A stretch of DNA of 10,445 nucleotides from UHGV virus genome UHGV-0096675; one strand, 5' to 3'. Of the stretch, positions 1 through 4,988 are shown piece after piece. A program made the translations under genes and the position numbers. The number at the start of each line of letters is the position of its first letter. Within the stretch, counting starts at the first letter, position 1. This DNA is from a virus. The notes under the pieces were generated by a model that saw nothing but the letters and a program-made list of their open reading frames with translations, did no database searches and was not told the origin of the DNA.

Positions 1-417
1 GCGTAGACGGTCGATATCCTTCAGGATGCGTTTTTTACGCAGGTGTGCTTCGTCGATAATCAGCAGATCGATATTTTCAGGAAAAACACGACGAATAAGC
101 GTGTCGGCGCTGGCAATCTGAATTTTCCGGTCCGGATCGTTGTTCGGGTGATCCGCCCAGATATAACCGATTTCATCCCCCGGTAACCCGTACTCCACGA
201 ACCGATTAGCCGTCTGACCGATCAGGATGGTGTACGGTGCACAGAACAGGACACGCATACCACGGCTGACAAACCCGGCAACGATGAAGGCGGCCAAACC
301 CGTTTTACCGCTACCGGTTGGCGAGTACACCATGAAGGTGTCGTTTGCCTTCCAGTCACGGCGCAACATGTTTAGCGCTCGTTCCTGTGCAAAATTCGGC
401 GTGATCGTCAGCTCCAT
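1..417 (-). CDS. DEAD/DEAH-box (SF2) helicase, N-terminal part; 3' end of gene lies beyond window start
   Basis: Minus-strand ATG at 417..415 opens a frame that runs to position 1 with no stop (absent from the ORF track because it has no stop in the window). Translation MELTITPNFAQERALNMLRRDWKANDTFMVYSPTGSGKTGLAAF...LLIIDEAHLRKK carries Walker A (SPTGSGKT) and a DEAH-type Walker B (IIDEAH). It sits in the replication-gene position of the rightward early operon. Confidence 0.8.
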   Translation of the reverse strand, partial: MELTITPNFAQERALNMLRRDWKANDTFMVYSPTGSGKTGLAAFIVAGFVSRGMRVLFCAPYTILIGQTANRFVEYGLPGDEIGYIWADHPNNDPDRKIQIASADTLIRRVFPENIDLLIIDEAHLRKKRILKDIDRLR

Positions 418-734
418 TGTGCTGCCCCCGTGCTGATGAGATAATCATTTTGTGATGTGGTTTTCATGGATTCCCCCTCACATGGCTGGTGGCCTCCCCA
501 AAGGCTGCCAGCCCCACTTCTGATTCAGCTCCTCTGAAAAATCACTCTTCCAGGAAGAACCCTTTTCGTTTCTCAGCGCCTGAGCGCTTTGTACTACCTT
601 GCTGATACAGGCGTTTTTTTAAATTGCGCCCTTAAGACAGTGATCTACTTAACCAATGGATCTCTCCTGTTGGAAAAGCCCCTATTCCTGCCCCTACACC
701 CAATCCCCCCTTACCCCCCTTTCCCTCTTCCCCA

Positions 735-759
735 TAAAAACGTACTACTTCCCTAGTAC
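735..759 (-). terminator. Weak putative intrinsic terminator downstream of the cII-position gene
   Basis: On the minus strand, hairpin GTACTA/TAGTAC (plus coordinates 742-747 and 754-759, 6-nt loop) is followed by a 5-T run (complement of A736-740). The stem is AT-rich and therefore weak. Confidence 0.3.
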
Positions 760-845
760 ATATGAGGAGTTGGGTCAGTTGGTTGCCAACCTGAACAGGC
801 GCCTTTAAGCCTGCTTCTGTTCGGGTACCTTTAAACCCGAAACAA

Positions 846-1142
846 TCAGGAGCGCGATTGCGTTCCAGCCAGGGGAGGTTCGGCGGTATACCCCTGTAAA
901 GCCCTGCCCTGATTTCTCACAAACAGGCGAAGCCTTGTGTTTGCTTCATGCCTTGCCCGGTTCTCCTTGCGGTACGAAACGGGTTCGGCCTCGAACGTCT
1001 CCTGATACACAGCTGCATAACGCTGGATAGCTTTTTGTCGTGCAGTTGGTGTCAGGCTAAGTAACTGCTGCTTAATCCACTCGGCATCCGCTTGGCTAAA
1101 ATCGGAAGGTAAGATGCTGAGTAACTCAGGCGCTGGTTTCAT
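846..1142 (-). CDS. Hypothetical protein in the cII position (possible lysis-lysogeny regulator), function unknown
   Basis: ORF track minus ORF 846..1178; the track start at 1178 is a TTG, and the first ATG is at 1142 (MKPAPELLSILPSDF...). It overlaps the 3' end of cro by 17 nt and lies immediately downstream of cro as cII does in lambda. No motif recognised with certainty. Confidence 0.55.
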   Translation of the reverse strand: MKPAPELLSILPSDFSQADAEWIKQQLLSLTPTARQKAIQRYAAVYQETFEAEPVSYRKENRARHEANTRLRLFVRNQGRALQGYTAEPPLAGTQSRS

Positions 1143-1332
1143 CGCTTCGCCGCTTAGATGGGAATGCTTTGTTTTCAAAAGCTGAAACAGTCCCTTCCTC
1201 AGAAATCACAACAAAGATTTCCCGACCGGCTCTTAATGCTTTGCTTATGGCAATTTGCGTTACTCCGAGCGCTGCGCCAGCTCTTACCTGGCCGTGCTCT
1301 TTCACGTATTCCTTAAGAGTAATCTGGTTCAT
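1126..1332 (-). CDS. cro: Cro repressor (lambda Cro family)
   Basis: 68-aa product MNQITLKEYVKEHGQVRAGAALGVTQIAISKALRAGREIFVVISEEGTVSAFENKAFPSKRR... aligns by eye along its whole length with lambda Cro ([66 protein letters not shown]). RBS GAGGA lies 5 nt upstream of the ATG on the minus strand. It is divergent from cI. Confidence 0.9.
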   Translation of the reverse strand: MNQITLKEYVKEHGQVRAGAALGVTQIAISKALRAGREIFVVISEEGTVSAFENKAFPSKRRSDETSA

Positions 1333-1424
1333 ACGTCCTCTACGATTAAATACTACTAAAAGTATTAAAATGAAGGGTACTATAGGTAGGAGACATAATC
1401 AAACTTTTGGTATTAAATCAGCCC
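1333..1424. promoter_or_regulatory. OR-like divergent promoter/operator region with three 11-bp dyad sites (TACT-N3-AGTA) at 24-bp spacing
   Basis: Sites at 1354-1364 TACTAAAAGTA (perfect dyad), 1378-1388 TACTATAGGTA (1 mismatch) and 1402-1412 AACTTTTGGTA (2 mismatches), with starts exactly 24 bp apart. -10-like TATTAA at 1411-1416 sits just upstream of the cI ATG, suggesting a leaderless or short-leader PRM-like start. Confidence 0.6.
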
Positions 1425-2126
1425 ATGGAAAAGAAAAGCAGATTGACCACAGAGCAGCTTCAAGACGCAACGCGTCTAAAAGCTTTGTATGACTCGAAGA
1501 AAAAGGAGTTAGGGATCACGCAGGCTGATATGGCTGACGAACTGGACATATCTCAAGGTGCGGTCGGTCACTACCTGAATGGGCGAAACCCACTGAATCT
1601 TCCAGTTGCAGCAAAGTTTGCGAAACTGCTTCATGAGCCGATTTCGAGTTTCAGCCCCGCTCTTGCTAAAGAAGCTGAGCTGTTATCTCAGGTATCAAAC
1701 GTTACTTATCATGGCCCGGCCAAGCCGCGAGGGACATACCCGCTTATTAGCTGGGTAAGTGCTGGAGCATGGTGTGAGGCTATAGAACCGTACACACTCA
1801 AAGACATTGATGAATGGTACGATTCCGATGCACACATTGAAGGTCAAGGGTTCTGGTTAAAAGTCCAGGGAGACTCAATGACTTCTCCTGTTGGTATGAG
1901 CATACCTGAAGGCATGTACGTTTTAGTCGACACCGGAAAAGAGCCAATCAATGGGAGTTTAGTTGTTGCCAAGCTTACCGACGCTAACGAAGCGACATTT
2001 AAAAAGCTTGTAATCGACGCTGGAAAAACTTACCTCAAGCCATTGAATCCTCAGTATCCTCTCATCCCAATCAACGGCAATTGCAGGATCATCGGTGTCG
2101 TTGTTCAAGCTATGATGTGGCTCTGA
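1425..2126 (+). CDS. cI: CI repressor (lambda CI family; N-terminal HTH plus C-terminal S24 LexA-like autopeptidase domain)
   Basis: ORF track 1407..2126 begins at a TTG; the ATG at 1425 gives MEKKSRLTTEQLQDATRLKALYDSKKKELGITQ..., matching the lambda CI N-terminus ([34 protein letters not shown]). Ala-Gly cleavage site (VSAGAW), catalytic Ser (QGDSMTSP) and Lys (TFKKL) are present, and the C-terminus ...PLNPQYPLIPIN... matches lambda ...PLNPQYPMIPCN.... Confidence 0.92.
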   Translation: MEKKSRLTTEQLQDATRLKALYDSKKKELGITQADMADELDISQGAVGHYLNGRNPLNLPVAAKFAKLLHEPISSFSPALAKEAELLSQVSNVTYHGPAKPRGTYPLISWVSAGAWCEAIEPYTLKDIDEWYDSDAHIEGQGFWLKVQGDSMTSPVGMSIPEGMYVLVDTGKEPINGSLVVAKLTDANEATFKKLVIDAGKTYLKPLNPQYPLIPINGNCRIIGVVVQAMMWL

Positions 2127-2144
2127 TTTAGCTACTAACAGTAC

Positions 2145-2176
2145 AAAGCCTGTCCTCTCGACAGGCTTTTTTTTAT
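2145..2176 (+). terminator. Rho-independent terminator downstream of cI
   Basis: Perfect 8-bp stem AGCCTGTC (2147-2154) / GACAGGCT (2160-2167) with a 5-nt loop, extendable by two A-T pairs, followed by a run of 8 T. Confidence 0.8.
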
Positions 2177-2218
2177 TTCTTTACATTTCAACAAGTAAGC
2201 ATTCAACCAACACAAAAC

Positions 2219-2260
2219 TATACTTTTAGTATTGCAGATACTAAAACATCTAGTATTATT
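2219..2260 (+). promoter_or_regulatory. PL-like early promoter with CI-type operator dyads
   Basis: Perfect dyad TACTTTTAGTA at 2221-2231 is the reverse complement of the OR site at 1354-1364. A second partial site AACATCTAGTA lies at 2245-2255, 24 bp downstream. -35 TTGCAG (2232-2237), 16-nt spacer, -10 TATTAT (2254-2259), so the operators flank and overlap the promoter. Confidence 0.55.
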
Positions 2261-2291
2261 CATTTCATCGGCAAATAACGGAGCTAGTGAG

Positions 2292-2612
2292 ATGACGACT
2301 AACCCTACAATCAAAAAATTATATCAGCTTGTTGATATACCAGATTTTCGCTACAGCAAAGATTGTTCAAGTATTGATTATGGAGATATTGCATCAGATT
2401 GCGATACTAAAACAGTGTCTATCTTTGAAGCTATAAACCATATTAGCTTAAACATTTTTTCCATTGCAGAAGATAAAGAAATCAGCAAAGAAAAGATATT
2501 AAACCTTTCCTGTATCATCGCTGACCTTACTGAAATTGGAATGGCGACCAATAAAATTGGTCAAGCAGCATCATACCTTTCCGGATTAAAGGATGGCAAT
2601 CATGGCTCATGA
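2292..2612 (+). CDS. Hypothetical small mildly acidic protein (106 aa), AT-rich early gene
   Basis: ATG at 2292 (the track start at 2232 is a TTG inside the promoter) with GGAG about 10 nt upstream. Product MTTNPTIKKLYQLVDIPDFRYSKDCSSIDYGD... has no recognised domain. Base composition is visibly much more AT-rich than the flanking prophage genes. Confidence 0.55.
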   Translation: MTTNPTIKKLYQLVDIPDFRYSKDCSSIDYGDIASDCDTKTVSIFEAINHISLNIFSIAEDKEISKEKILNLSCIIADLTEIGMATNKIGQAASYLSGLKDGNHGS

Positions 2613-2796
2613 ATTCTCGTTAGAACAAGCAAAAGAAAAAGCTCATCAGGCAGAAATAATCTGCCTAATGATGGAGGCATACCCAAATAAAATGGATGAT
2701 TCAGAAATCGAGGCAATAGCATCTTTATTAAGCAAGTTAACCGGGGATGTTTGTGCCTGGTTAATTGAAGAGCAAGCCATTAGATCCAACGCTTAG
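2602..2796 (+). CDS. Hypothetical small acidic protein (64 aa), AT-rich early gene
   Basis: ATG at 2602 with AAGGA 8 nt upstream (the track start at 2593 abuts the RBS). It overlaps the upstream gene's stop (2610-2612). Product MAHEFSLEQAKEKAHQAEIICLMMEAYPNKMDDSEIEAIASLL... is Glu/Asp-rich. Confidence 0.5.
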   Translation: MAHEFSLEQAKEKAHQAEIICLMMEAYPNKMDDSEIEAIASLLSKLTGDVCAWLIEEQAIRSNA

Positions 2797-2867
2797 TTTT
2801 TTTAGATTCCTAAATAAATAACAGCTTTATTGCTGAGGGGATTCCATACACTTTTTTAGGAAAAACC

Positions 2868-2966
2868 ATGATAAACATCAACGCCTTTAAGACTGCAAAG
2901 TTATTTTGTTCAGCCGGTTACTGGGATATCGCGAATTTATATCTTAGGAAAGCATACGGGAGATAA
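2868..2966 (+). CDS. Possible small ORF (32 aa), uncertain
   Basis: ATG at 2868 with AGGA 6 nt upstream; MININAFKTAKLFCSAGYWDIANLYLRKAYGR; stop TAA at 2964-2966, 3 nt before the next gene. Below the ORF-track length cutoff; supported only by RBS and context. Confidence 0.2.
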   Translation: MININAFKTAKLFCSAGYWDIANLYLRKAYGR

Positions 2967-2969
2967 ATC

Positions 2970-3194
2970 ATGTCAACACAAGATCGCCAAGACGTGCAAG
3001 GTGTGAATATTAAAGCTGAACAACTTAACTTCCTCATGCAAACAATTCACGCTCACCATAAGGATTTTGACTGCCATCAACTTGACGGCCTTTTAGGTCT
3101 GGCTTATGACCTTGCCGGGTCGGTATATAGCTGGACCGAGGAAGAGGAAAGGATCGTATTAGCAAATGAAGATGCACAACGAAAGGTGTATTAA
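2970..3194 (+). CDS. Hypothetical protein (74 aa)
   Basis: ATG at 2970 with GGGAG upstream. First gene of a tightly packed, translationally coupled chain. No recognised domain. Confidence 0.6.
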   Translation: MSTQDRQDVQGVNIKAEQLNFLMQTIHAHHKDFDCHQLDGLLGLAYDLAGSVYSWTEEEERIVLANEDAQRKVY

Positions 3195-3560
3195 ATGGAT
3201 AATTTAATCACTACGTATCGCCGACGAATTTTAAAGGCTGCGTTATTACGCCACCAGCGTAAAACCGGAAGCACCTGCATCATTATTAATATGCCTAAAG
3301 AGGGGATAAACACTGTCGAATTAACAGAAATACTGCTTGATGGTCTGTTGAGACGATTCGAAAAGTTGGCTCTCAGTGAATACGGGAATATTGACGGCGT
3401 AAAAGCCATCAGAGGAATTTACAGCAACGCCGTAGATGTGAATGGCAGCGGTGAGTTCCTGACAGAAAGCGGAAAGGCATTAATCGACGATCTCATTGCT
3501 GAGCTGGTCGAGTTCGCCAAGAAACAAAAATCAGTCACAGCGGAGACAAGCCATGAGTGA
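3195..3560 (+). CDS. Hypothetical protein (121 aa)
   Basis: ATG at 3195 immediately follows the upstream stop TAA (3192-3194); AAAGG RBS upstream. No recognised domain. Confidence 0.6.
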   Translation: MDNLITTYRRRILKAALLRHQRKTGSTCIIINMPKEGINTVELTEILLDGLLRRFEKLALSEYGNIDGVKAIRGIYSNAVDVNGSGEFLTESGKALIDDLIAELVEFAKKQKSVTAETSHE

Positions 3561-3765
3561 TCAGACACCAATTATCACGCACGAACCAGTAAATATCGTG
3601 CTGACAATCGAGAACGGGAAGGTTATCCACACGCGGCCGGTACATAACGGCGAGGTTACTGCATCGCTGGAGACGTTTTTATGGATGGCTGAACAAGCCG
3701 GTTACACGATCACCCCACCTGCAGGAGAGAAGGACAATGGCCCTGACAGCGATACGAATTCCTGA
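3553..3765 (+). CDS. Hypothetical protein (70 aa)
   Basis: ATG at 3553 (the track start at 3496 is a TTG) overlaps the upstream stop (ATGAGTGA) with GGAG 7 nt upstream. MSDQTPIITHEPVNIVLTIENGKVIHTRPVHNGEV.... Confidence 0.5.
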   Translation: MSDQTPIITHEPVNIVLTIENGKVIHTRPVHNGEVTASLETFLWMAEQAGYTITPPAGEKDNGPDSDTNS

Positions 3766-3955
3766 GTGGGTGCACCTGCAGGCGGTCCATGTCCTCCGCC
3801 AGTTCAGAGCCAAGCGTATTCATCCCTGCCGTATGCACGGCTCCGGAAACCTGAGCCTGAGGGTTAATCGCCGCTGGCGGCTGCTGTCCCGAGACGGTGG
3901 CCAGAACTGGGAAGTAATGAGCCATGAACGATACAGCAAACTGAAGGACAGATAA
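3737..3955 (+). CDS. Hypothetical basic Arg/Trp-rich protein (72 aa); weak resemblance to RelE/HigB-type toxin C-terminal region (speculative)
   Basis: ATG at 3737 preceded by GGAGAGAAGGA; codon third positions are GC-rich as in neighbouring genes. ...IHPCRMHGSGNLSLRVNRRWRLLSRDGGQNWEVMSHERY resembles, by eye only, the conserved C-terminal region of HigB-like toxins. Confidence 0.45.
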   Translation: MALTAIRIPEWVHLQAVHVLRQFRAKRIHPCRMHGSGNLSLRVNRRWRLLSRDGGQNWEVMSHERYSKLKDR

Positions 3956-4050
3956 TGAAAGCATTCTTCCTTTCTCTGCTGTTTGGCCTGTTGCTGGTGT
4001 CCGTCGTGTTCGGCGCGCTGATTGAGTACAAATTTTTGATGAATTTCTGA
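3955..4050 (+). CDS. Small hydrophobic single-pass membrane peptide (31 aa)
   Basis: ATG at 3955 overlaps the upstream stop (TAATG) with AAGGA 7 nt upstream. MKAFFLSLLFGLLLVSVVFGALIEYKFLMNF is about 21 consecutive hydrophobic residues followed by a short charged tail. Its stop overlaps the next start (TGATG). Below the ORF-track length cutoff. Confidence 0.4.
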   Translation: MKAFFLSLLFGLLLVSVVFGALIEYKFLMNF

Positions 4051-4484
4051 TGGTGTTCAAGATGGCAAAAGATTTTTTCGACGTGGCGAGAGTACCCGCG
4101 GATCGCGTTGCAGCGAGGGTAATCAGTAAGGGCATTGATTGGCAGCCAAACAAAAAACGCGAGCAGGGGGATAGCGAAACACCACTCCCTACTCTTGATA
4201 TAAATCAAATGGACCGAACGCAGCGGGAACAGTTTGATTTATTCCAAGGGAGAACTTTCGGGCGAATGACCGTAATTGGGATCGCCGCTATCAAACAAGG
4301 CGACAGTATGCGTTACGTGGTTCGTTGCGCCTGCGGTACATACACATATCGGAGAGCAAAGGCGATTAAAAATCCGAAGAACAACATGGATTGCTGTGAT
4401 TACTGTAGACATCTGCTGCATTTGAAAAGGAATGAAATCCATCGCCGAACAGGTAAAAACCTCAAGTGGGAGGATTTGCCGTGA
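4050..4484 (+). CDS. Hypothetical protein with putative Cys-cluster zinc ribbon (144 aa)
   Basis: ATG at 4050, coupled to the upstream peptide gene. C-terminal cysteine cluster ...RCACGTYTYRRAKAIKNPKNNMDCCDYCRH... (CxC...CCxxC). An alternative start is ATG 4062. Confidence 0.5.
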   Translation: MVFKMAKDFFDVARVPADRVAARVISKGIDWQPNKKREQGDSETPLPTLDINQMDRTQREQFDLFQGRTFGRMTVIGIAAIKQGDSMRYVVRCACGTYTYRRAKAIKNPKNNMDCCDYCRHLLHLKRNEIHRRTGKNLKWEDLP

Positions 4485-4789
4485 CTAAACACCAAGACAT
4501 TATTAATCGCTGGACCCGTTTAGCGGTGGAGGCCAAAGAGCTGGGGCTCGCCACCATTCCCATCGACCCGGAAAAAATGTTGATGGTACTGGGGGAGCTG
4601 CCGTCCAGTTCGGCGGAAAAGTCCGCCGATTGCCAGAATGACTATCAGGCTGCGATCGACATCTTGCGCGACAGAGCTGCTCGCGAACTAGATGGTGGTT
4701 TTCGCGCTCATCACAACGCCCTGATTTATGCCGCTAATGAACTGGAAAATGCCCAGGCTTTCGGGCAGGAGGTCAGCCATGAGTCTTGA
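4481..4789 (+). CDS. Hypothetical protein (102 aa)
   Basis: GTG at 4481 with strong RBS GGGAGGA 7 nt upstream, overlapping the upstream stop (GTGA). The ORF-track start at 4466 is another in-frame GTG without an RBS. Confidence 0.5.
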   Translation: MTKHQDIINRWTRLAVEAKELGLATIPIDPEKMLMVLGELPSSSAEKSADCQNDYQAAIDILRDRAARELDGGFRAHHNALIYAANELENAQAFGQEVSHES

Positions 4790-4988
4790 CTGTGTACCCC
4801 TTTCTACGTACTGCAGGGACGCGGGGGAAACGGTAGAAGCCGTTAACAAACGGATACAAAGGGGGTTATGGAAGGAGGGAGTACATGTATTAAAAGTCGA
4901 TGGCGTTAAAGAACGCTGGATTGACTTAACGGAGGTTTCGAAGTGGGCAAGAAAGAACAAGGATCATTATCTCTCCCAAGAGGAATAA
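4779..4988 (+). CDS. xis: Excisionase (Xis-like, recombination directionality factor)
   Basis: ATG at 4779 with GGAGG 8 nt upstream. The 69-aa product MSLDCVPLSTYCRDAGETVEAVNKRIQRGLWKEGVHVLKVDGVKERWIDLTEVSKWARKNK... is a small basic protein directly upstream of int and overlapping it by 46 nt, as xis does in lambdoid phages. Confidence 0.65.
   Translation: MSLDCVPLSTYCRDAGETVEAVNKRIQRGLWKEGVHVLKVDGVKERWIDLTEVSKWARKNKDHYLSQEE

Noticed and set aside
227-436. Plus-strand ORF (69 aa) from the track
   Set aside because: It lies antisense to the helicase frame, which has clear Walker A and DEAH motifs and spans the same bases; no RBS or recognisable motif.
820-842. Hairpin TTCGGG/CCCGAA immediately 3' of the cII-position gene, as a terminator
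   Set aside because: No T-run follows on either strand; more likely an mRNA-end stabilising hairpin or coincidental.
1407-1424. TTG-initiated N-terminal extension of CI (MVLNQP...)
   Set aside because: The lambda CI alignment begins at the ATG at 1425 (MEKKSRL...), and the extension would run into the operator and -10 region.
1169-1492. Plus-strand ORF (107 aa) spanning the cro 3' end, the operator region and the cI start
   Set aside because: It overlaps the well-supported cro and cI genes and the operator region in the wrong frame or strand; spurious.
2403-2414. 12-bp direct repeat GATACTAAAACA (also at 2237-2248) as an intragenic operator
   Set aside because: It contains only one operator half-site (TACT) and lies in very AT-rich sequence where chance repeats are likely; kept as a low-probability note.
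2292-2612. N-type antiterminator in the first PL-proximal gene
   Set aside because: The product is acidic or neutral and lacks the Arg-rich N-terminal motif typical of N proteins.
3191-4442. Minus-strand ORFs 3191..3409, 3710..4153, 3864..4208 and 4239..4442
   Set aside because: They are antisense to a continuous chain of plus-strand genes with RBSs and start/stop coupling; open antisense frames are expected at this G+C content; no RBS support.
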